Under the pieces are notes generated by a model. That model was given only the letters and a program-made list of their open reading frames with translations. It had not been told where the DNA came from and did not search any database. From assembly GCF_031423415.1 (NCBI RefSeq), contig NZ_JANPFL010000001.1, positions 3,566 to 67,565 of the forward strand: a DNA stretch of 64,000 bases. Direction: 5' to 3'. Within the stretch, counting starts at the first letter, position 1. Each line of letters starts with the position of its first letter. Shown here piece after piece: positions 29,161 through 39,393 of this stretch. The position numbers and the translations under genes are program-made. The DNA is from Flavobacterium sp. Its GTDB lineage: Bacteria > Bacteroidota > Bacteroidia > Flavobacteriales > Flavobacteriaceae.

Positions 29161-29339
29161 TGGAAATTCCAAAAAAGAAATCCCAAATTCCAACCAAAAG
29201 GAAAATTCTAATACTTAAATTCCAAATTCCAATTTAGGAATGGAAATTCGATTATTTTAAACTAAATTTGAAATTCAAAATCAACTAAACGGATCTATCT
29301 TCTTGTAAGCTATTTGGAATTTAACTTTTGGAATTTGAT
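29161..29339. repeat. AAATTCC/GGAATTT heptamer-periodic inverted-repeat left flank of the second four-helix-bundle gene
   Basis: aaattcc, aaatccc aaattcc, aaattcc aaattcc (29164-29230), then ttggaatttaacttttggaattt (29314-29336). Confidence 0.75.
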
Positions 29340-29345
29340 ATTATT

Positions 29346-29696
29346 ATGGAAAAACCATATGATTTAGAAGAAAGAACTTTTTTGTTTGCTAAAGAATGTA
29401 GAATCTATATTCAAAAGCTGCCTAAAACTATTTCAAACATTGAAGATGGAAAACAATTAGTAAGATCGTCAGGTTCAGTTGGTGCTAATTATATTGAAGC
29501 GAATGAAAAACTTGGGGATAAAGATTTTATATTTAGATTGAAAATATCCCGTAAAGAAGCCAAAGAGTCAAAATATTGGTTGCGACTACTGCATGACCTA
29601 AATCCAGAATTGTCCCATTATTCCGATTCCTTATTGATTGAAATTGACGAGTTACGAAAAATATTATCTTCTATAATTAATAAAACGTCCTCTTAA
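29346..29696 (+). CDS. Four-helix-bundle protein (IVP-like), start moved to ATG at 29346
   Basis: YDLEERTFLFA...QLVRSSGSVGANYIEANE...KDF.FRLKISRKEAKESKYWL. Confidence 0.9.
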   Translation: MEKPYDLEERTFLFAKECRIYIQKLPKTISNIEDGKQLVRSSGSVGANYIEANEKLGDKDFIFRLKISRKEAKESKYWLRLLHDLNPELSHYSDSLLIEIDELRKILSSIINKTSS

Positions 29697-29709
29697 TTTC
29701 TTGCTCCCA

Positions 29710-29741
29710 TTGGAATTTGGAATTTAAACTATTGGAATTTA
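29710..29741. repeat. Right flank of the second four-helix-bundle gene
   Basis: ttggaatttggaatttaaactattggaattt: near-direct repeat of 29314-29336 and inverted relative to 29164-29230. Confidence 0.75.
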
Positions 29742-29751
29742 ATATTTATCT

Positions 29752-30480
29752 ATGTTTCAATTCAAACAATTTTCTGTTGAACAAGACCGTTGCGCAATGA
29801 AAATTGGCACCGATGGCGTTTTGCTTGGTGCTTGGACTCCTATCGGAGATAATCCTTTCAGCATTTTAGACATTGGAACGGGAACGGGAATTGTTGCTTT
29901 GATGTTGGCACAAAGAAGTTCAGCAGAACAAATTGATGCACTAGAAATCGACGACGATGCTTATGAACAAGCCACGGACAATTTTGAAAATTCCCCTTGG
30001 AATGACCGCTTGTTTTGTTTTCACGCCGCCTTGGACGAATTTGTCGAAGAACCCGAAGACGAGTACGATTTAATTGTTTCTAATCCTCCTTTTTATAGCG
30101 AAGATTACAAATCTAGCAACGAACAACGCGATTTGGCACGTTTTCAAGACGCCATGCCTTTTGAAGATTTACTTGAAGCAACCGCTTTGCTACTATCAAA
30201 AAACGGCATTTTATCTGTTATCATCCCTTACAAGGAAGAGTCAACTTTCTTGGCTTTGTCCGCAGCATACGCATTATTTCCATTAAAAATTACTCGGGTA
30301 AAAGGAACTCCAACCTCCGAAATCAAACGCAGTCTTTTGGCTTTTAGCCGAAACGCCTTGCCTGACGGCAGGCAGGAAACTCCAAATTTCGCTACTGATG
30401 AATTAATCATCGAAACCGCACGACACATCTATACTTCAGAATACATCGAATTGACAAAGGAATTTTATTTGAAGATGTAA
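29752..30480 (+). CDS. yfiC: tRNA1(Val) A37 N6-methyltransferase
   Basis: FQFKQF.V.QDRCAMKIGTDGVLLG, LDIGTGTG, SNPPF. Confidence 0.93.
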   Translation: MFQFKQFSVEQDRCAMKIGTDGVLLGAWTPIGDNPFSILDIGTGTGIVALMLAQRSSAEQIDALEIDDDAYEQATDNFENSPWNDRLFCFHAALDEFVEEPEDEYDLIVSNPPFYSEDYKSSNEQRDLARFQDAMPFEDLLEATALLLSKNGILSVIIPYKEESTFLALSAAYALFPLKITRVKGTPTSEIKRSLLAFSRNALPDGRQETPNFATDELIIETARHIYTSEYIELTKEFYLKM

Positions 30481-30626
30481 AAAATCTCATTTTTCAATAT
30501 GTCGCTTACACTATCAATATTTGCTCAAATTCGAGGGTGATAACGCCAATCGAATAACAGATTCCAAACAGATTGGGCAACACTTTGTTTGGAGATTTTC
30601 CTAATTAAAAAAAGTTTATTGACTCG

Positions 30627-30648
30627 AGTCCCGACAGTTATCGGGACT
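30627..30648. repeat. Intergenic TCCCGA-N6-TCGGGA mini-palindrome
   Basis: agtcccga-cagtta-tcgggact; same family as the in-frame copy in bioD (48533-48550). Confidence 0.7.
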
Positions 30649-30823
30649 AACTGGCGAAACAAACGAAATTCAATACACTTTCTGGAATATCATACTTTAG
30701 GATCTTGCGATATTTCCATTCACATTCCCAAACAATATTGGTTTAAAATCCATTTCATACATTTCCTTTGTTGCCAAAAATGAGAAACGAACGAAACGGA
30801 TTTTTCTTAATGGTACAATTTAC

Positions 30824-33800
30824 CTAATAAATAATTTTATCCGAAACTATTTCACCGTTTTGCAAAGTTGTTTTCACAATCAAAGTTTGATGGCTGGAAA
30901 CAAAATTTGATAGGATTAATTCGTTGCTGCTTACCTTATCTTTTTGATAAATTTGCCTTCCTAAAAAGTCGTAAATAGTCACTTTATATATAGTTTCGGC
31001 AAATGAATTTATTTTGATTTGCTTATTTTTGATTGAAATTAAAACCTTATTTGATTGGGCTAGTACATCATTTGTACCTAAAGTTTTATCTTTATAACGC
31101 AATACAAAACGATTATCAAATACTCCGACTGCGGTTGTAAATGAATATTTACTGGTCTTTAAATTTACAATAACATTCGTTAATTTATCTTCAAGAAACA
31201 CTGGGTGATTGGCAAGCAAACCATCAACTTGTTCTATGCCAATTGAAAATTCACCAGTGATAGCACTGCGATATCCCAACGGCACTTCATCATTTTCATC
31301 AAAAGGCAAAGCTCGACCTTGAATAACCAAGTTAATACCTTCATTTATGCTATAAAAATCTACAAATTCATTTCCGTCATAACTTTTACCGTCATATAAA
31401 CTGTCCCAAGCATTTGTGGCCCCGGTTATATAACCAACCAAGGTTTGCTTGAATGCACCTCCCTTATTTGTTAAATTTAACCAGACACGGTGCTTTTCAA
31501 TGTCGAAAGCTGTTTTTGTTTTAGGGTTTTTAGTTTTATAAAAATTAGAATTATTATATACATTACCCGAGCCATCCACTCTCATACTATTGGTAAAAGA
31601 AACTTGACCTCCAGCGACAGTACTTGTTGTGAAAAAACCTTGCCCTGCAGCAATTTTGCCCGTGGGTGTATTAGAAATTTGTTCCACTTCTAAATCGAAC
31701 ATTTTATCGAAATTAATATCATTCCATTCGCCTGTATTGAAAATGCCATTTGCGTTGGTGTCCGTCCATTCGTCAAAATCTTTTATCCCATCGGAATTTG
31801 CATCTATCCATTCCCCAGGGAGATCTAAAATTCCATCAGCGTTAGTATCCGTCCACTCTCCTGTTTCGGCAACCCTGTTGCTATTGGCGTCAGTCCATTC
31901 ACCTGATTCAAAAGTTAAATCGCTATTACTATCGACCCATTCAGAGGTTTCTAATATGCTATTTCCGTTTTTATCAATAAATTCGCCAGAATCTACGATT
32001 CCATTTTTATTTGCATCTACCCATTCTGGGGTATAATTCCCTGCTGTTGCAACTCCTCCACTAAGATTGTAAGAGGCGTAATCATTACTAGTATAAGCCT
32101 TAGCGCCAGTTCCTGGCTTAAATGCTCCAACGGCAATCGGCGTTTTATGTGTCCAGAAATAAAGTGTACCATCTATTTTTGTGCTATTAGCTAGTATAAA
32201 GGGATCTGCATTTATAGCTGATGGATATGGATTTCCTAAAAGATTTGAACTTATGCTCCCAACAGCGGCAATGTCAATATTTCCATTATTAGGCACTCCA
32301 ATAAAAGAAGACTCAGGAAATCCTGGAGGAGCAGGCGATACTACAGGAATTCCACGAACAATATATCCTTTACCTAATGTCATGGTTGTACTTGCGGCAT
32401 CTAATTGAACCCAATCGTCTGCTGAGGCATCAAAAGAGTAAAACTTATCCAATTTGGTCGTAGGAGACACTGCGAGTAAATTTTGTCCCGCAATTGGTGA
32501 AGACCAATACGTGTAGTCAGTCTCTAAAAGTGTGGTGGTTGTCCGTTTGTAGGTAATAGCTCCAGTATTTGCAACGTTATTTACCTGTACTAAGCTAGCA
32601 TTATTCTCGCAAGTTAACGAACCTCCTGCATTTACATTGACAACATCGGTAATTTTTAGATTATTATTTGAATTAACTGTTAAACTTCCACCATTCAAAA
32701 CGGTTAAGTTGTGCCCTAAACCAGTATAATTACCTGTTACCGTTACATTATTTGCAATTTCAACACAGGTATCGACAGTAGGAACGCCGTTTGGTGTCCA
32801 GTTTGCAGCATTGCTCCAATCCGTATTTGCTGAACCATTCCAAGTTTTAACAGGAGTTACTAACGTTACTGTTCTCGTCGGGGAGTTACATAACTTACTG
32901 TTTCTGATAATTACAGTATAAGTTCCCGCAGATAAACCAGACATAACATTACTCGTCTGCCACGAAACTCCATTATCAAAACTATACTCTTGACCAGGAT
33001 ATTGAACCGTAACTGTTATGGATACAGTAGGGCTTGCGCAAGTAGGTTGAAGTCCAGCAGTAGCAGGGATTTTCAAACTAGTATCTGTACTTACATTTAT
33101 AATACCTGTTGTGGGTTGGAAATAAACATCATTTGGATAAGTAGGGCCAGACATTGTTGAACCCCAAGTGCCATCCTCTGAATCTCTACATCCCAAAGTT
33201 AATGTACCTACCACATAAGTAATGCCGGTAGCTAAACTTGCTGAGGCCGCTTCGTCTATCCATAAATTTGAGGAAATAGTCACCGTAGCGGGAACTGTTT
33301 TGATTAAACTGCCTTTTAATACCAAATTTGAATACCCATACGAACCGACAGTTTGATTAAAAGTTCCACTATAATAGACTGTTCCTGATGCCGGAATTAA
33401 AGTTCCGCCAGTCATAGTACCACTTTTGGTAAAAAATAATTCTCCTCCACTACCTGTGAATTCTACTATATTTCTAATGCTTGACCCAAGCATTGTTAAT
33501 GATGCATCAACGAATATTGCTCCGGTTGATACGGATAATTTAGAAACTATACTGTCGCTTCCGGTATCGTTAAAACTAAAAGATCCAACGCTTAGGAAAC
33601 CAGCACCAACATTAATATCTCTATTAGCACCGGAAAATACGATTACATTACTTTGTACTTGTATTGAATTACTAGAACTAATTGTCAGTGAACTTGCACC
33701 TGCTCCTGCAGAAAATATTAAATCTTTAAGTCTATTGCCAGCACCTGTAATGGTTGTATTGCCAATGATATTGTGTGAATTTTGTATATAAACTGTAGCA

Positions 33801-36800
33801 TTTGGTGTAAATTGTCCGGGGTATCCTTGAGGTGCGGTGGGCGTTACCCACGCTGCTCCATTCCATCGTTCCCAAGTAGCCAAAGCATTCCAGTTTCCGC
33901 TTACTACTGTTCTATAATCTCCTGATATTGCATCAACAATTAAAGTTCCGTTAACATAGGTAATGGAATAATTGGAAGCTGTAAACGTTCCTCCTGTTGC
34001 TAAGGTTGGGACAATTGGATAGGTGCCAACTACTGCGGTATTAACAGCACCTGTGCTAGAAATGGTAATAGAACCAATAGTTTCCCCGTTTTGTAAAGCG
34101 GGCGCAGTAAAGGCTGTTGACAAAGCACCCGTTGTATAGGTTGATCCATAAATTTTAGTTCCATCGTTTGCAGTAATAGTCAGCGGTCTTTGTGTTATAG
34201 CAAAAGCTGTAGCTGTTGAGGTTCTTGCAACAAAAACTCCGTTTGCAGCGACTGTTGCAGTTACTGTATAACTTCCCACATTGGTAGGGAGAGTTGCTGA
34301 AGGCCCGTAAGTTGTACCGCCCGAATTGCGATAGCTAAAGGTATAGCTTGATCCAGATCCCGTATTTGTGGCGGCAACTGGACCTTGCCCTACACCAGAA
34401 TAAATATAAGTTCCTATTGGTGTAACTGTAATGTCTGGTGTTGAAAAAAGAATATTTAATATTCCTGTTGAAGCAAAATAAGTATCGGTTTTATTGGTAG
34501 CGGCTGAGCTTGTAGAGCCATAAGTGCCCAAAGGCTGCCCTGCAGTTCCATAAATTAGCGAATTAACAGTATAAGTTGTTCCGGCGTTCAAACTAGCGAT
34601 TGCCGTTCCTGACATCGTGATATTTTCATTAATAACCGTCGCAGAGTTCAGTGTTTTTGTGCCCGATCCTGATAAGGTTAAATTGGTAAAGGTATACGCT
34701 CCAACAGTTTGATTTCCAGCTTTAAAAAATTCAACTCTTCCAGTTGAAGGTACTATGGTTCCTCCTGTAAAAGCATCTCCAGCTTGCAAAAGTCCCGACC
34801 CGGTAAAGCGTACTGCATTTCTAGCACTTGATCCTCTCATTACTATATTCCCAAATGCATATACCGACCCTGTAGATACCGTAATTTCAGAGTCTATAGC
34901 ATCATTTCCTGTGTCGTCAACTAAAATACTTCCAGCAACAATAAAACCTGAACCAGCATTTACAGTTCTGGTTATTCCAGCGGCTGTACTCGGCATTATT
35001 CTCAATTGACCTGAAAGTTGGAAAGTGTTGACACTAAATACACTAAGGGAACTAGTACTAGATCCCGCCGAAAGTTCTACTCGCGCTGGTCTATTTGCAG
35101 TTATAATTGATATATTGCAAACAACATCGTGTCCATCTCGTATATAGACCACCGCTGGGGCTGCTAACTGACTCGGATATCCTTCTAAGGCAGTAGGCTC
35201 GACCCACGCACTGCCACTCCACCTTTCCCAAGTAGCCAGAACATTCCAGTTGCCACTTGCTTTAGAACGGTAATCCCCGCTGGTTGGATTTGAAACTGTA
35301 AGCGTACCATTAACGTAATTGATGCTATAATTGCTTGCTGTAAATGTACCTCCAATGGCAGCCGATGGCACAATAGTATACGTGCCAACAGCGGCACCAC
35401 CTGCTGCACCGGCAGACGCAATAGTTACTGATAAAGTTTCGCTATTTTGTAAACCAGATGTTGTAAAAAGAACAGATCCTGCGCCAGTTGCATGAGTGTC
35501 GCCCACTAGTTTAGTTCCATCATTAGCCGTAATGGTTATGGCTCTCGCTATAATAGAATATCCTGTAACGGCAGAACTATTAGACAGCCAAACACCGTCG
35601 GCAGCAACGGTTACTGTTACAAAATAACTACCCACATTAGTTGGTGCGGTTGCAGTAGGACCATAAACTGCTCCTCCGTTATTCGTATAGGAATACGTAT
35701 AGCTAGTTCCTGTTCCAGAATTTGTAGGAGTCGAGCCTTGCGGCAAACCGTTATAGGTGTAAGCGGTGGAAACGTTTGGTTTTACGAAAGGCAAATTAGA
35801 TGCTACCGTTAGTATACCTGTTGTTGCTACATTATAATAGGTATCACTTCTATTGGCTAGGGTTGCGGCTGAGGCTGTTGATCCATAAGTTCCTGCCACC
35901 TCTCCAGTGGTTCCGTAAAGTAGCGAGGGAATTGGGTAGTTAGATCCGTTTGGCAAACCCGCAATTGCTGTACCCGAAATGGTTAAACTTCTAGTCACAG
36001 ATGTTGAGGCATTAAATGTTTTTATCCCAGAACCCGATAAAATTAAATTGTGAAATGCGTAAAGACCTACAGCTTGTGCTGCCCCATTGTATTCTATCGT
36101 TCCTGTACCCGCAATGATTGTTCCGCCGGATAATGTACCGCCACATTTCAACGTTCCTGAACCATCAAACTGTATAATATTCTGCGATGCCGTTCCTGAC
36201 ATTGTTATATTGCCCGCAAAAGTTGGAGTAGCGTTATTGATGATTGCTTTACACGTACCTGTGCTTGAATTTGTCATCAACATTTGTTGAAATGAATAAA
36301 TATTAGCATTACCGAAATCTACCAACGCGTTCCCCGCTCCGGTTGAAGTTAATGCTATTGGAGCATTTCCCTTCATCTCAAAATAATTAGTCGAAGTGAA
36401 AGTAAGTGAAGTATCGTTTGCACCAGCAGATATACTTAGTCTTCCCACTAAATTAATAAGCCCACTTGTTCCTATGCCACAAGTCACATTGTGACCGTTT
36501 AAGATTTCTAATCGGGTAACGGCTGCCGTTTGAGTAGGATATCCTTCACCCACGGTTGGTACAGCCCAAGCAGTTCCGTTCCATCTTTCCCAAGTGGAAA
36601 GCGTTACCCAGTCACCATTTGCTGCCGAACGATAATCTCCAGAATTTGGATTTACGGTCAAAAGACCAGGTGTAACAATATTGTAAGTTATAGTATAGTT
36701 TGAAGCTGTAAAAGTACCACCGATTGCGGCCGAAGGCACAATAGGGTAGGTTCCTTCTGTTGCAGTACTAACAGCACCTGTGCTAGCAATGGTGATAGTA

Positions 36801-38998
36801 CCTATAATTTCGCCATTTTGCAAGCCACTAGACGTAAATAGCGTTGAACCAGCTCCTGTAGTATGAGTGGCTCCTATGATTTTAACTCCATTATTTGCCG
36901 TAATGGTTAATGCTGCTGTAGCTATCGTAAAAGCAGTCGCTGGAGAGGTTCTTGCTGCCCAAGGAGCATTCGCTGCTACCGTTACCGTTACGAAATAATT
37001 ACCTGCATTGGTAGGAGGCGTTGCAGAAGGACCATAAGCAGTACCGCCACTATTTCGATAACTGAAGGTATAACTAGTGCCAGTTCCTGTATTAGTTGCT
37101 ACAGTTGGACCTTGAGATAGACCATTATAGGTATAAGAACCAATGGTTATTGTGATATCTGGTGTTGATGAACCTACGGTAAGAAAACCAGTTGTTGCTG
37201 CGAAAAAAGTAGTGTTGATGTTTGTAGCTCCAGAACCTGTGCCTCCCCAAGTGCCAGCAGCCCTACCGATGCCGCCAAGAATTAATGAATCTATAGTATA
37301 ATTTGTAGCAGCACCTAAACTCGCCGAACAACCAGTAGCAATAGATAATGCACCAGCGATAGTTGCCGTAGCAGAGACTGTTTTTAATGCAGAACCCGAT
37401 AAAGTTACATTATTGAAAGCATAAGCAGGTATAGTTTGAGTTCCAAAATTCCCAAAGGTAACTGTACTTGTACTAGCGATAAAAGCTCCACCTCCAGTAA
37501 TCCCTTGATTTATGCTCAATGTTCCTGAGCCAGTAAAACGGAAGATGCTTTTGGCAGTAGTTCCATTCAACTGAATACCTGTTGTTGTACTGGTAATTGA
37601 AACGCTTCCTGTGGACACATTAATTTCAGAAACTTCGGCTGCACCTGTACTGTTGGTCAACCTCATTTGAGGACAAGTTAAAGAACTAGTGCCTACAGTG
37701 ATGGTATCATTACCCAAACTATCTTCCATTATCACTGCACCATTTATACTTAAAGCTACGCCACTATTAAATCTTAAAAAACTAGCTGCCGTTTGTGTAC
37801 TGGCAGGGAATTCCAATCTTGTAATATTAAATGCACTTGCAGGCGTTATATCTAAAGTGATATCGTGTCCGTTTACAATAAATACCCGTTGCGCAAGGGC
37901 AAACTGCCCAGGATATCCTAACGGCGTTACACCGGTACAGGCAACCCAAGCACTCCCGTCATACCGCTGCCAAGTTGCTGGTGTACTCCAATTGCCAGTG
38001 CTTACATTTGAACGAATATCCCCAAGTACTCCATTAACCGTGACTATGCCGGTTGTAGCTGTGAAAGAAGTGTTGCTTTGATTAGTAGCGGCTGATGTTG
38101 TAGAGCCCCAAGTGGCACCACCACCAGTTGAAGATCCGGATGTAGTAGTAAGCGTGGACACAACATAATTTGTACCCGTATTTAGAGCGGCTTGCGCCGT
38201 GCCCGATATTGTTAGTGTTCCAGCAACAGTTGCGGTAGCTGCGATTGTTTTGACTAGTGAGCCCGAAAGTGTAAGATTTTGATAAGCTAACGCAGGTATC
38301 GCTTGATTTGTACCGCCAAATGTAATTGTACTACCAGCAAAAGTATTAACAGCAGGTGCTGCCCCGGTCAGTAAAATAGAACTAGTAGTTCCAGTTATAT
38401 TTAATGCTCCACTACCCGTAAAATCAACAATTCCATTTTGTAACTGGAGACTGCCAGTGTTGCAAGTAAGAACACCCGTTCCTTGTATGCTAATTCTTGC
38501 CGACTCCGATCCTGACACAGTAGTGTTTGTTACCCTACCTTGCTGGCAAGTTACAGTAAAACCTGTCGAGATCGTGACTGAACTATTTCCTGCGCTTTCA
38601 TCCACTATTAAGGCACCAGCAAAAGTTAAATTCCTGTTAACAGTCAGAGAAGTAGTCCCAGTTAAGGCGCTGGGAATCAACTCCACCCTAGTGATGACGG
38701 TGCCTGAAAAAATAGTAGCCGCTGCATCCAAAGTAATCGCGTCACCGTTGAAAATATACACTCTTTGATTCGCAGTAGCAGTTTGTCCTGGGTAATTTAC
38801 AGTAGTGCTCCATACAGTGGGCGAAATGCTGGTACATATATTCCAGTTTGCTGCCGTAGACCAATTGCCTGAGGCCACCGAACGATAATCACCTACTACT
38901 ACAGCCAAACTTTGCCCATAGGATGAATTGGCTAATCCAACCATCATTAAAAAAAGTAGTGCGGCCTGTAATTTGAAATGGTGTAAAGCTATTTTCAT
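30824..38998 (-). CDS. Large T9SS-secreted surface protein (2724 aa) with repeated GDYRS..W modules, MBG-like domains, a DxNxxG repeat tract and a type A CTD
   Basis: Signal peptide; five GD(Y/I)R(S/T)xxxGxW modules; three LTITANDG.K..G MBG-like units; YTYWSSP/NLLGNPYPSAI/GQGFF/GYITGATN block; C-terminal IYDFLGRQIY...KIIY sorting domain. Confidence 0.9.
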   Translation of the reverse strand: MKIALHHFKLQAALLFLMMVGLANSSYGQSLAVVVGDYRSVASGNWSTAANWNICTSISPTVWSTTVNYPGQTATANQRVYIFNGDAITLDAAATIFSGTVITRVELIPSALTGTTSLTVNRNLTFAGALIVDESAGNSSVTISTGFTVTCQQGRVTNTTVSGSESARISIQGTGVLTCNTGSLQLQNGIVDFTGSGALNITGTTSSILLTGAAPAVNTFAGSTITFGGTNQAIPALAYQNLTLSGSLVKTIAATATVAGTLTISGTAQAALNTGTNYVVSTLTTTSGSSTGGGATWGSTTSAATNQSNTSFTATTGIVTVNGVLGDIRSNVSTGNWSTPATWQRYDGSAWVACTGVTPLGYPGQFALAQRVFIVNGHDITLDITPASAFNITRLEFPASTQTAASFLRFNSGVALSINGAVIMEDSLGNDTITVGTSSLTCPQMRLTNSTGAAEVSEINVSTGSVSITSTTTGIQLNGTTAKSIFRFTGSGTLSINQGITGGGAFIASTSTVTFGNFGTQTIPAYAFNNVTLSGSALKTVSATATIAGALSIATGCSASLGAATNYTIDSLILGGIGRAAGTWGGTGSGATNINTTFFAATTGFLTVGSSTPDITITIGSYTYNGLSQGPTVATNTGTGTSYTFSYRNSGGTAYGPSATPPTNAGNYFVTVTVAANAPWAARTSPATAFTIATAALTITANNGVKIIGATHTTGAGSTLFTSSGLQNGEIIGTITIASTGAVSTATEGTYPIVPSAAIGGTFTASNYTITYNIVTPGLLTVNPNSGDYRSAANGDWVTLSTWERWNGTAWAVPTVGEGYPTQTAAVTRLEILNGHNVTCGIGTSGLINLVGRLSISAGANDTSLTFTSTNYFEMKGNAPIALTSTGAGNALVDFGNANIYSFQQMLMTNSSTGTCKAIINNATPTFAGNITMSGTASQNIIQFDGSGTLKCGGTLSGGTIIAGTGTIEYNGAAQAVGLYAFHNLILSGSGIKTFNASTSVTRSLTISGTAIAGLPNGSNYPIPSLLYGTTGEVAGTYGSTASAATLANRSDTYYNVATTGILTVASNLPFVKPNVSTAYTYNGLPQGSTPTNSGTGTSYTYSYTNNGGAVYGPTATAPTNVGSYFVTVTVAADGVWLSNSSAVTGYSIIARAITITANDGTKLVGDTHATGAGSVLFTTSGLQNSETLSVTIASAGAAGGAAVGTYTIVPSAAIGGTFTASNYSINYVNGTLTVSNPTSGDYRSKASGNWNVLATWERWSGSAWVEPTALEGYPSQLAAPAVVYIRDGHDVVCNISIITANRPARVELSAGSSTSSLSVFSVNTFQLSGQLRIMPSTAAGITRTVNAGSGFIVAGSILVDDTGNDAIDSEITVSTGSVYAFGNIVMRGSSARNAVRFTGSGLLQAGDAFTGGTIVPSTGRVEFFKAGNQTVGAYTFTNLTLSGSGTKTLNSATVINENITMSGTAIASLNAGTTYTVNSLIYGTAGQPLGTYGSTSSAATNKTDTYFASTGILNILFSTPDITVTPIGTYIYSGVGQGPVAATNTGSGSSYTFSYRNSGGTTYGPSATLPTNVGSYTVTATVAANGVFVARTSTATAFAITQRPLTITANDGTKIYGSTYTTGALSTAFTAPALQNGETIGSITISSTGAVNTAVVGTYPIVPTLATGGTFTASNYSITYVNGTLIVDAISGDYRTVVSGNWNALATWERWNGAAWVTPTAPQGYPGQFTPNATVYIQNSHNIIGNTTITGAGNRLKDLIFSAGAGASSLTISSSNSIQVQSNVIVFSGANRDINVGAGFLSVGSFSFNDTGSDSIVSKLSVSTGAIFVDASLTMLGSSIRNIVEFTGSGGELFFTKSGTMTGGTLIPASGTVYYSGTFNQTVGSYGYSNLVLKGSLIKTVPATVTISSNLWIDEAASASLATGITYVVGTLTLGCRDSEDGTWGSTMSGPTYPNDVYFQPTTGIINVSTDTSLKIPATAGLQPTCASPTVSITVTVQYPGQEYSFDNGVSWQTSNVMSGLSAGTYTVIIRNSKLCNSPTRTVTLVTPVKTWNGSANTDWSNAANWTPNGVPTVDTCVEIANNVTVTGNYTGLGHNLTVLNGGSLTVNSNNNLKITDVVNVNAGGSLTCENNASLVQVNNVANTGAITYKRTTTTLLETDYTYWSSPIAGQNLLAVSPTTKLDKFYSFDASADDWVQLDAASTTMTLGKGYIVRGIPVVSPAPPGFPESSFIGVPNNGNIDIAAVGSISSNLLGNPYPSAINADPFILANSTKIDGTLYFWTHKTPIAVGAFKPGTGAKAYTSNDYASYNLSGGVATAGNYTPEWVDANKNGIVDSGEFIDKNGNSILETSEWVDSNSDLTFESGEWTDANSNRVAETGEWTDTNADGILDLPGEWIDANSDGIKDFDEWTDTNANGIFNTGEWNDINFDKMFDLEVEQISNTPTGKIAAGQGFFTTSTVAGGQVSFTNSMRVDGSGNVYNNSNFYKTKNPKTKTAFDIEKHRVWLNLTNKGGAFKQTLVGYITGATNAWDSLYDGKSYDGNEFVDFYSINEGINLVIQGRALPFDENDEVPLGYRSAITGEFSIGIEQVDGLLANHPVFLEDKLTNVIVNLKTSKYSFTTAVGVFDNRFVLRYKDKTLGTNDVLAQSNKVLISIKNKQIKINSFAETIYKVTIYDFLGRQIYQKDKVSSNELILSNFVSSHQTLIVKTTLQNGEIVSDKIIY

Positions 38999-39099
38999 AG
39001 TATGTATTATTTAGTGTATTAGAAGCTATTTAACGATTTTGAATGATTGCCTTTTTAATAAAAAACTGTGTATTAAAAAGAGGAATTAACAATTATAGA

Positions 39100-39107
39100 C
39101 AAATATA
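39100..39107 (-). promoter_or_regulatory. -7 promoter element for the 2724-aa T9SS gene (paralogous copy at 46513-46520)
   Basis: TATATTTG on the minus strand; the homologous position in the duplicated region reads TATCTTTG. Confidence 0.65.
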
Positions 39108-39393
39108 ATTGTTTGATTAACATAAAAATGGGTCAAATAAATCATATAGGGGTCGTAAATCAATCAAAACTAAAAAAACAGGGCGATAAGAGGTGGTTTT
39201 TAGCCTATTTAAGGGATACAAGTATAAAATAATTAGTATGTATTTAAACCTCAAAGTCTGTCATTGCTTCGCTTGTTCGTCCGCGGCAGAGCTCTCGTTT
39301 CTGAGGGAATCTCGCATTGAGGAAAGCAAACATATACAATGCGTGAGACGCTTAAAGCGTGACAAAAAGGGTGTCAAAACCAACCGTAAAATT

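Noticed and set aside
30481-30823. Possible gene remnant or ORF 30589-30783 between yfiC and the T9SS gene
   Set aside because: Reads like decayed coding sequence with stops, but I cannot assign it to any family; only the mini-palindrome is supportable.
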